Shown piece by piece: positions 11,227-20,695 of a stretch of DNA of 32,000 nucleotides. The notes below the pieces were generated by a model. The model was given only the letters and a program-made list of their open reading frames with translations. It had not been told where the DNA came from and searched no databases. Within the stretch, counting starts at the first letter, position 1. Each line of letters begins with the position of its first letter. The position numbers were made by a program, and so were the translations under genes. Origin of the DNA: Desulfobulbus propionicus DSM 2032 (GTDB lineage Bacteria > Desulfobacterota > Desulfobulbia > Desulfobulbales > Desulfobulbaceae); NCBI RefSeq assembly GCF_000186885.1, contig NC_014972.1:2820001-2852000 (forward strand), given 5' to 3'.

Positions 11227-11254
11227 AAATATTTGTTTCACGTAGGCGTGTCAA
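11227..11254 (-). promoter_or_regulatory. Candidate sigma70-type promoter for rho, just after the coaE stop codon
   Basis: Reverse strand TTGACA (11254-11249), 17-nt spacer, TATTTA (11231-11226). The -35 is perfect and the -10 weak. It implies a roughly 355 nt rho 5' leader. Confidence 0.4.
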
Positions 11255-11271
11255 GTACTTTCTCGACGAAA

Positions 11272-11877
11272 TCAGACCGGAAAGCACTCGGAAAGCTTAT
11301 CGCCCAGGGCGATCACCTGTAGCCTGGTGCGTGTCCAAGCGCCGCTGTTGTCGATGCAGTAATCCGCCCGCTTCGCCTTCTCCCGTAGATCCATTTGCGC
11401 GGCCACCGCTTGTGCCGCCTTGTGCCGGGAAACCCCATCCCGCTGCATGATTCGGCAGCACTGCACTCCCCGCCGGGCATACACCACGAGCACCGCCTGC
11501 ATCTCATTGTCCCACCCCGCCTCATAGAGCAGCGGCACCTCGACCAAAATCAGTGCATGCCGGTGGCTGGCCACCGCTCGGTGCATCGCCGCACGCGCCA
11601 GCGGATGGAGCAGACCGTCGACCTGCTGCCGAAATTGGGGCTCGCTGAACAGACGCTCACGCAGAGCGACCCGATCCAGCTCGCCGGAGGGACGAAGGAA
11701 GGCATTGCCAAAGGCGGCACGCAAGGCCAGCCAACCAGGTTGATCGATATCCAGAAGATGACGGCAGCATTGGTCGACATCGATCAGCGGCGCCAGACAG
11801 TAGCTGGCCAACAGACGGCTGACGCAACTTTTGCCTGAGCCGATTCCCCCGGTTATGCCGAGCAAAAAGGGCTGCAT
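11272..11877 (-). CDS. coaE: Dephospho-CoA kinase
   Basis: MQPFLLGITGGIGSGKSCVSRLLA, DVDQCCRHLL, LVEVPLLYEAGWD. Start at 11877 overlaps the upstream gene's stop as TGATG. Confidence 0.93.
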   Translation of the reverse strand: MQPFLLGITGGIGSGKSCVSRLLASYCLAPLIDVDQCCRHLLDIDQPGWLALRAAFGNAFLRPSGELDRVALRERLFSEPQFRQQVDGLLHPLARAAMHRAVASHRHALILVEVPLLYEAGWDNEMQAVLVVYARRGVQCCRIMQRDGVSRHKAAQAVAAQMDLREKAKRADYCIDNSGAWTRTRLQVIALGDKLSECFPV

Positions 11878-12917
11878 CAGCCGAGTGTCCGGACGAGGTT
11901 GAGGATATCCTGCATATCGGCCCACAAAGGCGCCGTCAGGCACATCTCCTCGTTGGTCAGCGGATGATGGAAGCGCAGCGTGCTTGCGTGCAACATCTGC
12001 CTTGGCGGCTTGATCGGGGCCCCGCGTTCCACCCTGCCCCCATAGAGTGCATCTCCGGCAACCGGTGCCCGCAGAGAGGCCATATGAACACGGATCTGAT
12101 GCGTCCTGCCGGTTTCAATGCCAATTTCGACCAGGCACCAGCCATTGATGAAGGATTCGAGAACGCGCCAGTGCGTGGCAGCGTACTTGCCCTGGTCAGG
12201 GCGGATGGCCATTTTTTTTCGATCGACCGGATGCCTGCCGATGGGTGCCACCAGGCGTCCCTCCCGTTCCCGGGGGCTACGCAACAGCAGTGCATGGTAG
12301 GTTTTGTGGATCTTCCGGTTTTTGAAATCCGCCATCAGGCTACGAAGCGACCGCTCCGATTTCGCCACCAGCATCACCCCGGAGGTGTCCTTGTCCAACC
12401 GATGGACAATCCCCGGGCGGCCAGCATCCAATGCGGGGAGATCCTGACAGTGATAGAGCAACCCATGCACCAGGGTTCCGCCGCCATGGCCGCAGGCCGG
12501 ATGAACGACCAGCCCCGGTGGTTTACCGATGACCAGCAGATGCTCATCTTCAAACAGTATGGAAAAATCGATTTTTTCAGGGGCAAGATCAAGAGACGGG
12601 GTAGGCGGGAAGGAAACGGTGATGATTTCATCCTGGTGAAGACGATACCCAGCCTTCACCTGCTGCCCGTTGACGAGCACATGGGCAGCCCCTATGAGTT
12701 TGCCGATGGCGGAGCGTGACTGCTCGGGAAGCTGGCGGATGAGGTAGTGATCAAGGCGTTGACCTTGGTCGCCGGAGGTCACCATGAACTCGGCGTCTGT
12801 CGTAATCGGCGCCGGCTGTTGCCAGGAATCAGCCTGCCCATCGTCGTCCACCAGGTCATACCAATCGACCGGTGACCCGGTAAAATTAACAGAACAACTT
12901 TTCGATCTGCTGCTCAA
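11877..12917 (-). CDS. rluD: RluA/RluD-family 23S rRNA pseudouridine synthase with S4 domain
   Basis: S4-like GQRLDHYLIRQLPEQSRSAIGKLI; GIVHRLDKDTSGVMLVAKS catalytic motif; GRTHQIRVHMAS. The 12917 start is TTG; MVTSGDQGQRLD at 12785 is an alternative. The exact RluD/RluA assignment is uncertain. Confidence 0.85.
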   Translation of the reverse strand: MSSRSKSCSVNFTGSPVDWYDLVDDDGQADSWQQPAPITTDAEFMVTSGDQGQRLDHYLIRQLPEQSRSAIGKLIGAAHVLVNGQQVKAGYRLHQDEIITVSFPPTPSLDLAPEKIDFSILFEDEHLLVIGKPPGLVVHPACGHGGGTLVHGLLYHCQDLPALDAGRPGIVHRLDKDTSGVMLVAKSERSLRSLMADFKNRKIHKTYHALLLRSPREREGRLVAPIGRHPVDRKKMAIRPDQGKYAATHWRVLESFINGWCLVEIGIETGRTHQIRVHMASLRAPVAGDALYGGRVERGAPIKPPRQMLHASTLRFHHPLTNEEMCLTAPLWADMQDILNLVRTLG

Positions 12918-13365
12918 TCATCCCCTCTTCCATCTGCTTGGCCAGCGACAACTCCTTGACCAGGAGATTCTTCGCGGTATCCAGCATTTTACGTTCGCCA
13001 TACGAGAGATCTTTATCTTCCTTCAACAAAAAAAGATCGCGCAACACCACCGCCACCTCAAACACCGATCCGGTTTTGATTTTTTCCATGTACTCACGGT
13101 ATCGACGATTCCAGGTTTGTGCCGTGATTTTGATGTCGCGTTCCTTGAGGATATCGATGACCTTGGGAACGTCCTCACCGGAAATAATAGCTCGCAAACC
13201 GACATTGGCACTGGTAGCGGTCGGTATCATGATGGTCATATCGTTATCGAGAATTTTCATCACATAAAAACTCTGGTCGATGCCACCGATGCTTTGCGTT
13301 TTTATGGCTTCAATCAGGCCAACGCCATGAGCCGGATAGACCGCCATATCACCTTTTGAAAACAC
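12886..13365 (-). CDS. carD: CarD/CdnL-family transcriptional regulator
   Basis: (GTG start) MFSKGDMAVYPAHGVGLIEAI..., IMIPTATSANVGLRAIIS, WNRRYREYMEKIKTG, LSYGERKMLDTAKNLLVKELSLA. GGAGG upstream of the GTG. Confidence 0.92.
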   Translation of the reverse strand: MFSKGDMAVYPAHGVGLIEAIKTQSIGGIDQSFYVMKILDNDMTIMIPTATSANVGLRAIISGEDVPKVIDILKERDIKITAQTWNRRYREYMEKIKTGSVFEVAVVLRDLFLLKEDKDLSYGERKMLDTAKNLLVKELSLAKQMEEGMIEQQIEKLFC

Positions 13366-13429
13366 ATGACCCTCCGAGAACTGAAATAGACATACGCTAG
13401 CCCAAGACTCAGCGTATTACTAAAGTATT

Positions 13430-13458
13430 ATGATAGCATATTTTTTGCCTATTGGCAA
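13430..13458 (-). promoter_or_regulatory. Candidate carD promoter with extended -10
   Basis: Reverse strand TTGCCA (13458-13453), 17-nt spacer ending TGC, TATCAT (13435-13430). Confidence 0.55.
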
Positions 13459-13583
13459 AGACTGGATGGCAATTATCGGAGAGAAAGAAGAGGATGGGAA
13501 AAACCCTCCATGATTTCCTGGAGCTATGCTGCCTGAAGCAAATCACTGGGGCGTTCGAGGTTGACCAAATAGGCCGAAGCGGC

Positions 13584-14174
13584 TTATCGCCCGTTGATTC
13601 GATTCATGCACCGGTCAACGCCTTCCTGGATGAACACGGCGACCGCTTCCGCCACCAATGTCTTGCGCTGCTCAAACAGGCTCATTTCGGCATCACCCAT
13701 TCGCCCCAGCACAAATTGATCGACGGGTTGCCCTTGCCCCACCTCGTCCACGACGGGACGACCGACGCCGATCTTCAGCCGGGCAAATTCCGTGGTGCCA
13801 AGGTGCTGGGCCACGGAACGAACGCCATTGTGTCCTCCAGCGCCCCCTTTGGCCACCAGCTTGATCCGGCCGGCGCTCAGATCGATATCATCGTGGAGGA
13901 TCAAAAGATTACATAGAGGAATCTTGAAATAATCGACAAAACTTCGAACACTCTCCCCGGACCGATTCATGTAGGTTTGCGGTTTCAGAAAATACAGTTG
14001 GTGGCCATGGGCGCGGCCGTGACAATACAACCCCTGCATTTTTTGGGTTTCAATCAGCAACCCCTGAAGCCCTGCGAGATGATCAAGAAAGAAAAAACCA
14101 ATATTATGACGGGAAAGATGATATTCCCGCCCTGGATTGCCCAGGCCGACGAGAAGAAACCGTGAATCCGTCAT
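13584..14174 (-). CDS. pth: Peptidyl-tRNA hydrolase
   Basis: FLLVGLGNPGREYHLSRHNIGFFFLDHLA, FLKPQTYMNRSGESV, HDDIDLSAGRIKL, GGAGGHNGVRS. Confidence 0.96.
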   Translation of the reverse strand: MTDSRFLLVGLGNPGREYHLSRHNIGFFFLDHLAGLQGLLIETQKMQGLYCHGRAHGHQLYFLKPQTYMNRSGESVRSFVDYFKIPLCNLLILHDDIDLSAGRIKLVAKGGAGGHNGVRSVAQHLGTTEFARLKIGVGRPVVDEVGQGQPVDQFVLGRMGDAEMSLFEQRKTLVAEAVAVFIQEGVDRCMNRINGR

Positions 14175-14199
14175 GGATGAAAAAGAGGCAAAAACAAAA

Positions 14200-14222
14200 C
14201 GAGCCGAAAAAATTTCGGCTCG
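14200..14222 (-). terminator. Rho-independent terminator/attenuator downstream of rplY, before pth
   Basis: Perfect 10-bp inverted repeat CGAGCCGAAA/TTTCGGCTCG with a 3-nt loop, followed on the minus strand by TTTTGTTTTTG. Confidence 0.8.
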
Positions 14223-14271
14223 ATATCAGCAATGATGCAGGAAGCAGCGTCTCTGCTTCCTCACGAAGGCG

Positions 14272-14829
14272 TTATTGAACAGCCACACAGACGGTGCTTG
14301 CTTTCTCCAACATCTCCACCTTTTCGGGAAGGGGCAGATCGCCATAGGTGATTCCCGCCCCGCCCTGCTCCAATGGGGTGATATCGACTTGGATCACGTC
14401 GGGAATATCCAACGGACATCCCCGCAATTGCACACTGTCTCTGAACACCTGCAATTCCCCTCCCAGATCCACCCCCTTGGCGGTACCGACATACTCCACG
14501 GGCACAGTAAATTTGGCGGCTTTGTTGAGATCGATTTCAAGGAAATCGACATGCAATAAGCTACCGGTCACCGGGGCCTTCTGAATTTCCTGTACAAGCA
14601 CGTGCCGCTCGCCCTTGTCGTCACCCTCGATCTTCAGAGTGATCACTGCATTGCGGCCATGAATGAACAACAGGCTTTTATAGAGTTTCGCTGTCTCCAC
14701 CTGCAAGGACACGGATTTATTGCCGCCACTATACAGATTGGCAGGGGTGATGCTTTGCATCCGCAACTGCCGCATCGGCCCCTTGCCAAAAACCGTGCGC
14801 ACTGAAGACTCGACATTTACCTGTAACAT
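14272..14829 (-). CDS. rplY: 50S ribosomal protein L25/general stress protein Ctc family
   Basis: MLQVNVESSVRTVFGKGPMRQLRMQSITPANLYSGG...LLHVDFLEIDLNKAAKFTVPVEYVGTAKGVDLGGELQVFRDSVQLRGCPLDIPDVIQVDITPL, with a C-terminal TL5-like domain. Confidence 0.94.
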   Translation of the reverse strand: MLQVNVESSVRTVFGKGPMRQLRMQSITPANLYSGGNKSVSLQVETAKLYKSLLFIHGRNAVITLKIEGDDKGERHVLVQEIQKAPVTGSLLHVDFLEIDLNKAAKFTVPVEYVGTAKGVDLGGELQVFRDSVQLRGCPLDIPDVIQVDITPLEQGGAGITYGDLPLPEKVEMLEKASTVCVAVQ

Positions 14830-14884
14830 AACAACCCTCCCCCCATACTCCGGGATCTATAACAATTCGTTATTATACTAAAAA

Positions 14885-15823
14885 TTATACAAACAAATAA
14901 CTGACGGAATCTTCGTTATGGATCCTGCTGATCGCCTCGCCCAGCAGCGCCCCCACCGACAGCACTGTTATTTTCTCACACTGTCTCGCCTCCTCCCGAA
15001 GCGGGATGGAATTGGTCACCAGAAGGGACCGCAGACAGGATTGACTGATACGCTCTATGGCTGGGCCGGACAGCACCGCATGCGAACAGCAGGCATGCAC
15101 TTCTTTGGCCCCGACTTTTTTCAAAATTTCGGCACCCCCACAGAGGGTACCAGCGGTGTCCACAATATCATCAAGGAGAATAGCGGTTTTGCCGGCAACA
15201 TCGCCGATGACGTGGACAGCCTCGCACTCATTGGCCCGTTCCCGGCGCTTGTCGATGATCGCAAGTCCTGCATTCAGCCGCTTGGCGAAAGCGCGCGTTC
15301 GCTCCACACCGCCAGCATCGGGAGAAACCATGACTACATCGGTGAAACTCTCCCGTATGTATTTCAAGATAATGGGAGCCGCATACAGATGATCGACCGG
15401 AATATTGAAAAATCCCTGAATCTGCCCGGCGTGCAGGTCCATGCACAATACCCTTCGGGTGCCCACCACCATCAGCATCTCGGCAACAGCCTTGGCAGTA
15501 ATTGGAACACGGGGACGCACTTTCCGATCCTGACGGGCGTAGCCGTAATAGGGCATCACCGCCGTAATCCGCCGGGCGGACGCGCGGCGCAAGGCATCGA
15601 CCATGATCAACAACTCCATAAGATTGTCGTTGACCGGCGTACAGGTAGGCTGAACAACAAAAACATCGGCGCCACGTACATTTTCGCCGATTTCAACAGA
15701 AATTTCACCATCGGAAAACTGCTTCACTTCGGCCGCGCCAAGCGGCACATTCAGGTATTCACAGATTTCCTTGGCGATCGCCGGATTGGCATTGCCGGTG
15801 AAAATTTTCATTTTTTTGGGCAT
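14885..15823 (-). CDS. prs: Ribose-phosphate pyrophosphokinase
   Basis: [104 protein letters not shown] at 15823 (MPKKMKIF) is preferred over the TTG at 15832. Confidence 0.96.
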   Translation of the reverse strand: MPKKMKIFTGNANPAIAKEICEYLNVPLGAAEVKQFSDGEISVEIGENVRGADVFVVQPTCTPVNDNLMELLIMVDALRRASARRITAVMPYYGYARQDRKVRPRVPITAKAVAEMLMVVGTRRVLCMDLHAGQIQGFFNIPVDHLYAAPIILKYIRESFTDVVMVSPDAGGVERTRAFAKRLNAGLAIIDKRRERANECEAVHVIGDVAGKTAILLDDIVDTAGTLCGGAEILKKVGAKEVHACCSHAVLSGPAIERISQSCLRSLLVTNSIPLREEARQCEKITVLSVGALLGEAISRIHNEDSVSYLFV

Positions 15824-15845
15824 GACGCGCAACTTATTTTAAGAG

Positions 15846-15920
15846 TGGCTGGGGCGGGAGGATTCGAACCCCCGAATGCAAGGATCAAAACCTTGTGTCT
15901 TACCGCTTGACGACGCCCCA
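15846..15920 (-). tRNA. tRNA-Gln (anticodon TTG), CCA encoded
   Basis: Minus strand TGGGGCG TC GTCAAGCGGTAAGAC A CAAGG TTTTGAT CCTTG CATTC GGGGG TTCGAAT CCTCC CGCCCCA G CCA. The cloverleaf folds, with acceptor TGGGGCG/CGCCCCA and a 7-nt anticodon loop containing TTG. Confidence 0.95.
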
Positions 15921-15955
15921 GTCCATGACCAGAAACACTGAGCGGACAGTGGTAC

Positions 15956-16864
15956 TCATTCTTCCTCAACAGGATCTACCAGGTAGGTGTACACAAACCG
16001 GCTCTTGAAACGAATGAAGCCGACTTCCGCCTGCTGCCGATTACTGAATACACCAAAGACCGTCGGCCCTGATCCAGACATCAACGCTCCGACCGCCCCG
16101 CTTTCGACCAACCCCGCCTTGATCTGTTCGATTTGCGGGTGTCGGGCGAGCGTGACCCGTTCGAGATCGTTGCACGATCGCGCTGCCCATGATTCCGGCA
16201 GAAGGGGCTCGCGAGGGGTGAAGGACCGATCAATATCTTCCTGCGAATTTTTTAGGTTACTCCCAATTTTATCCACTGTCAACGCAAAATTCTGATACAC
16301 CCAGCGGGTCGAAACCGGAATACCGGGATTGACCAGAACAAGGCTACATCCCTTCAGCGGCGGGACGGGATGCAGCTGCTCCCCAATACCGGTGGCGATT
16401 GCCGCCGGGGCAGTGGCAAGAAAAAAGGGCACATCCGCACCCAGGCGGAGCCCCATGGCGGCCAACTCCGCGCCGGAACAACCGCATTGATACAGTTCAT
16501 TCAATCCATTGAGGGTCGCCGCCGCATCGCTGCTGCCACCACCCAGGCCCGCCGCCACCGGAATCCTCTTGGTCAGCGACACGCGCACCCCATTGGCATC
16601 CCCTTTTCGTCGCCCTTGGGTTTCCCGCAAAAACAGTTCCGCCGCTCGGTAAACGATATTGTCCCTGTTTTCCGGAAGGGTGCCGTTAACACAGTGCAGA
16701 TGGATGCCCTCGGCGCAGGCCTGCACTTCTATTTCGTCATAAAGGCCGACCTTCTGCATCAACGTGTCCAGCAAATGATAGCCGTCGGCTCGCCGCCCGA
16801 TCACTTTGAGATAAAGATTGACCTTTGCCGGCGCCCGGAGAAGGAGTTGCTCCCGCTGCATCAT
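15956..16864 (-). CDS. ispE: 4-diphosphocytidyl-2-C-methyl-D-erythritol kinase
   Basis: LLLRAPAKVNLYLKVIGRRADGYHLLDTLMQ, KRIPVAAGLGGGSSDAAATL, GAVGALMSGSGPTVFGVF. Confidence 0.96.
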   Translation of the reverse strand: MMQREQLLLRAPAKVNLYLKVIGRRADGYHLLDTLMQKVGLYDEIEVQACAEGIHLHCVNGTLPENRDNIVYRAAELFLRETQGRRKGDANGVRVSLTKRIPVAAGLGGGSSDAAATLNGLNELYQCGCSGAELAAMGLRLGADVPFFLATAPAAIATGIGEQLHPVPPLKGCSLVLVNPGIPVSTRWVYQNFALTVDKIGSNLKNSQEDIDRSFTPREPLLPESWAARSCNDLERVTLARHPQIEQIKAGLVESGAVGALMSGSGPTVFGVFSNRQQAEVGFIRFKSRFVYTYLVDPVEEE

Positions 16865-16883
16865 CTCAATCGAACGAAGAAAT

Positions 16884-17198
16884 TCAGGATAACTTGACGA
16901 ATCGTATCTTCAACTCGTAGAGAATGCGGGTGAGCAATTCATTTTCATCGGGGTCGAGATTCCCCTGGGTCTTGTAGGCCAGCAGGGCCAAGGTGTCGAT
17001 GGTATGCTTGGCCAGCTCACGGTCGACAATCCGCTGCCCGGTTTCCGGATGCGGCAGTTCTCCCATGTGATAGAGGGCGGAGGTGTTCAACGAGAGAATA
17101 AACGAGGCAAACGTCACCTCCGGCATCACGCACCGGCCTGAGGCATCGCGTACCCGGCCCTCTGGACATTCGTCGCAACTCGAGAGATTTTCTGTCAT
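16884..17198 (-). CDS. DUF1844-family small conserved protein
   Basis: PEVTFASFILSLNTSALYHMGEL...AKHTIDTLALLAYKTQGNLDPDENELLTRILYELKIRFVKL resembles the DUF1844 signature. N-terminal CxxC...C segment. Confidence 0.8.
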   Translation of the reverse strand: MTENLSSCDECPEGRVRDASGRCVMPEVTFASFILSLNTSALYHMGELPHPETGQRIVDRELAKHTIDTLALLAYKTQGNLDPDENELLTRILYELKIRFVKLS

Positions 17199-17219
17199 AT
17201 CGCTTCACTCTGCATCAGT

Positions 17220-17300
17220 TCAATTTCCTCCCTGGCTGCGGTCGCCACCATAATGGCCAGTACCGTTGCAACTCAGACAGTTGCGGGAATATACCGGCAT
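17220..17300 (-). CDS. Possible 26-aa Cys-containing small ORF just upstream of the DUF1844 gene
   Basis: ATG at 17300: MPVYSRNCLSCNGTGHYGGDRSQGGN*, with a G-rich stretch directly before the ATG. No homology evidence available. Confidence 0.2.
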   Translation of the reverse strand: MPVYSRNCLSCNGTGHYGGDRSQGGN

Positions 17301-17393
17301 TGCCCCCTGCCTACAAGGTGAAAGTAGCCCCTTGATCAGCCGTCGCCCTTGCACGGGCGAGCTCTCTTGACACCCTGACGGCTCAGCTTCTTG

Positions 17394-17422
17394 TTGAAGA
17401 GAAACCGGTTCGGCGCTATATA
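17394..17422 (+). promoter_or_regulatory. Candidate gltX promoter
   Basis: TTGAAG (17394-17399), 17-nt spacer, TATATA (17417-17422). Confidence 0.35.
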
Positions 17423-17483
17423 GTTGAGATTTCACGTCCAGAAGCGCCGAAGCAACAGGACACGATTCATCACAGGAGTTATC

Positions 17484-18971
17484 ATGGAAGAGGTACGCGT
17501 TCGCTTTCCCCCCAGCCCCACTGGCTACCTGCACATTGGAGGCGCGAGAACGGCGTTGTTCAATTGGCTTTTTGCCAAGCAACACAATGGCAAACTGATC
17601 CTGCGCATCGAGGATACCGACGAAGAACGATCCACCCAGGCGTCGATCGACGGCATTATCGACGGTCTGCAATGGCTGGGCATCGATTGGGACGAGGGAC
17701 CCTACTTCCAGACCGAATTCGCCGCCGACCACATTGCCGCCGCCAACCGGCTGCTGACCTCCGGCCACGCCTACAAATGCTTCTGCACCAAGGAAGAACT
17801 GGAACAGAAGCGTGAAGCGGCCATGGCCGCAAAACAACGCGATGTCGGCTACGACGGCACCTGCCGCCACCTCACCGCCGAGGAAATCCAAGCAAAGGAA
17901 GCACAGGACATCCCGGCGACAATCCGTTTCAAGGTCCCTGAACGGCCGGGCACGCTTTATTACGACGACGAGGTGTTGGGACGCATCGAACGCGCTTACA
18001 GCGAGATCGAGGATTTCGTCATCGTCCGCTCCAACGGCAAGCCGCTCTACCTGCTGTGCAACGTGGTCGACGACATCCGCGACCGCATCACCCACATCAT
18101 CCGCGGCCAGGACCACATGACCAACACCACCCGCCAGGTGCTGCTCTACGAGGCCCTGGGCGCCAAGCTGCCGGTATTCGCCCACATGCCGCTCACCCTG
18201 GACCTGCAGAAACGGAAGATCTCCAAGCGCAGCCACGGCGAGGTCGTGGCGGTCCAGTTTTACCGTGACCGGGGCTTCATCCCTTGGGCGGTGTGCAACT
18301 TCCTCTGTCTGCTTGGCTGGAACCCGGGCACGGACCAGGAATTCTTCTCCCGCGAGGAACTGATCCAGGCCTTCAGCCTCTCACGCATGAGCCGGGTCAA
18401 CTCGGTGTTCAACTATAAACCGGGCGATCCCAAATTCTTTACCGATCCCAAGCTGATAGCCATCAACGAGCACTACCTGCGCACCATGGATCTGGAAACG
18501 CTCGGCGAAATGGTGCGCAAGGAACTGGAGGCCGAAGGGCTGTGGAACCCGGCCTATGCCACCAGCCGTCGCGACTGGTATCTGGCGACCCTCGGCTTGA
18601 TCCGCGACCGCTTCCACACGCTCAAGGATTTCACCACCGCCGGCCGGGCCTATTTCTCCGACCAGTACAACATCGATCCCAAGCCGCTGGCCAAGAACGT
18701 GCTCAAGTTCCCGGAACTGGTGACGTGGCTGCCGCAGTTGGCGGAGCGTTTCGCCCAACTGGAGGACTTCAACGCCGAGGCCACCGAGCGAGTCAGCCGC
18801 GAACTGGCCGAGGAATTGGCCGTCAAGCCGGGCACCCTGATCAACGCCATGCGCACGGTGCTCACCGGACAGCTGGCCGGTCCGTCGATGTTTGACATCG
18901 TCATCACCCTAGGCAGGGAAAAGGTGGTGGCCCGCCTCAGTCATGTCGATCACCTGTTTGCCGCCGCCTAA
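17484..18971 (+). CDS. gltX: Glutamate-tRNA ligase
   Basis: [31 protein letters not shown]...[10 protein letters not shown] (KMSKS-type motif). AGGAG upstream of the ATG at 17484; the ORF track start at 17424 is unlikely. Confidence 0.96.
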   Translation: MEEVRVRFPPSPTGYLHIGGARTALFNWLFAKQHNGKLILRIEDTDEERSTQASIDGIIDGLQWLGIDWDEGPYFQTEFAADHIAAANRLLTSGHAYKCFCTKEELEQKREAAMAAKQRDVGYDGTCRHLTAEEIQAKEAQDIPATIRFKVPERPGTLYYDDEVLGRIERAYSEIEDFVIVRSNGKPLYLLCNVVDDIRDRITHIIRGQDHMTNTTRQVLLYEALGAKLPVFAHMPLTLDLQKRKISKRSHGEVVAVQFYRDRGFIPWAVCNFLCLLGWNPGTDQEFFSREELIQAFSLSRMSRVNSVFNYKPGDPKFFTDPKLIAINEHYLRTMDLETLGEMVRKELEAEGLWNPAYATSRRDWYLATLGLIRDRFHTLKDFTTAGRAYFSDQYNIDPKPLAKNVLKFPELVTWLPQLAERFAQLEDFNAEATERVSRELAEELAVKPGTLINAMRTVLTGQLAGPSMFDIVITLGREKVVARLSHVDHLFAAA

Positions 18972-18994
18972 TGCTAGTACACCGAAGGACAGCC

Positions 18995-20686
18995 ATGACC
19001 ACAGAGAAAGAAACCTCCGGCAAGCCGCTCGATTTCATCCGCCAGATCATCGCCGAGGACCTCGCCTCCGGCAAACACCGGACCATTGTCACCCGTTTTC
19101 CGCCCGAACCCAATGGCTTTCTCCACATCGGCCACGCCAAGTCGATCTGCCTCAACTTCGGGGTCGCGGTGGAGAACAACGCCACCTGCCATCTGCGCTT
19201 CGACGACACCAACCCGGACAAGGAATCGACCGAATATGTCGAATCGATCCAGCGGGATGTGCGCTGGCTGGGGTTCGACTGGGGCGAGCACCGCTACTAC
19301 GCCTCGGATTACTTCGACCAGCTGCACGACTTTGCCGTCCAACTGATCGGGATGGGCAAAGCCTACGTCTGCCACCTCAGCAGCGACGAGATCCGCGCAT
19401 ACCGCGGCACCCTGACCGAACCGGGCAAGGAGAGCCCGTACCGCAACCGATCGGTGGCGGAGAATCTCGATCTTTTTGCCCGGATGCGGGCCGGCGAGTT
19501 CGACGAGGGCACCTGCGTGCTCCGGGCCAAGATCGACATGGCCTCGCCCAACATCGTCATGCGCGATCCGGTGCTCTATCGCATTCTCAAATCCCACCAC
19601 CATCGGACCGGCGACAAATGGTGCATCTACCCGATGTACGATTTCACCCACTGCCTGTCCGACATGCTGGAAGGGATCACCCACAGCCTCTGCACCCTGG
19701 AGTTCGAAAACAATCGCGCCCTGTACGACTGGGTGCTCGATACCCTGCAAACCCCCAACCACCCGCGGCAAATCGAGTTTGCCCGCCTCAACATCAATTA
19801 CACCGTGACCAGCAAACGCAAGTTGCTGCAGTTGGTCACCGAAGGCCATGTCTCCGGTTGGGATGATCCGCGCATGCTGACCATCTCCGGCCTGCGACGC
19901 CGGGGCTATACCCCGGCCTCGATCCGCAATTTTTGCGCCACCATCGGCATCGGCAAGCGGGAATCGTGGATCGACATGGGGGTGCTGGAGAATGCGGTCC
20001 GCGACGACCTCAACGAACATGCCCGCCGTGTCTTTGGGGTGCTCGATCCACTCAAGATCGTGCTCACCAACTATCCCGAAGGCGAAACCGAGGAGGTGGT
20101 GGCCCAGAATCATCCCCAGAATCCGGCCATGGGCGAGCGGCGGGTGCCGTTTTCCCGCGAGATCTACATCGAGCGGTCGGACTTCATGGAGGATGCGCCA
20201 AAGAAATTCTTCCGCCTCAGCGTCGGTCGCGAGGTACGGCTCCGCTATGCCTATCTGATCACCTGCCAGGAGGTGATCAAGAACGAGCGGGGCGAGGTGG
20301 TGGAACTGCGTTGCACCTATGATCCGGACAGCCGTGGCGGCACCGCTCCCGACGGCCGCAAGGTCAAGGGCACCATCCATTGGGTATCGGCCCCCCATGC
20401 CCTGCGGGCCGAGGTGCGGCTTTATGACCGGCTGTTCACCGCCGAGTACCCGGATGCGGACAAGGAACGAAATTTCAAAGAGTTTCTCAACCCACACTCC
20501 CTCACGCTGCTGAGCGAGTGCATGCTGGAACCGGGGTTGGCCCAAGCCACCATTGAGGATCGCTTCCAGTTCGAGCGACAGGGGTACTTCTGCCTCGATA
20601 ATGGGGCGAGCCGTCCGGACAGACCGGTGTTCAACCGGATCGTCACCCTGCGCGACAGCTGGGCCAAACTCAACGAATCCGCTTAG
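18995..20686 (+). CDS. glnS: Glutamine-tRNA ligase
   Basis: [100 protein letters not shown]. Start MTTEKE at 18995 behind GAAGGA. Confidence 0.96.
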   Translation: MTTEKETSGKPLDFIRQIIAEDLASGKHRTIVTRFPPEPNGFLHIGHAKSICLNFGVAVENNATCHLRFDDTNPDKESTEYVESIQRDVRWLGFDWGEHRYYASDYFDQLHDFAVQLIGMGKAYVCHLSSDEIRAYRGTLTEPGKESPYRNRSVAENLDLFARMRAGEFDEGTCVLRAKIDMASPNIVMRDPVLYRILKSHHHRTGDKWCIYPMYDFTHCLSDMLEGITHSLCTLEFENNRALYDWVLDTLQTPNHPRQIEFARLNINYTVTSKRKLLQLVTEGHVSGWDDPRMLTISGLRRRGYTPASIRNFCATIGIGKRESWIDMGVLENAVRDDLNEHARRVFGVLDPLKIVLTNYPEGETEEVVAQNHPQNPAMGERRVPFSREIYIERSDFMEDAPKKFFRLSVGREVRLRYAYLITCQEVIKNERGEVVELRCTYDPDSRGGTAPDGRKVKGTIHWVSAPHALRAEVRLYDRLFTAEYPDADKERNFKEFLNPHSLTLLSECMLEPGLAQATIEDRFQFERQGYFCLDNGASRPDRPVFNRIVTLRDSWAKLNESA

Positions 20687-20695
20687 GAGTACCCC

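Noticed and set aside
13452-13916. 154-aa plus-strand ORF between carD and pth
   Set aside because: Mostly antisense to pth with no recognisable protein signature.
17517-17540. HIGG instead of HIGH in GluRS
   Set aside because: A common natural variant of the class I signature in gltX proteins.
17301-18236. Upstream portion of the 338-aa minus-strand ORF (17220-18236) overlapping gltX
   Set aside because: Mostly antisense to gltX. Only the last 26 codons (from the ATG at 17300) were kept as a low-confidence small ORF.
18974-20545. 523-aa minus-strand ORF opposite glnS
   Set aside because: Antisense shadow of a fully conserved glnS.
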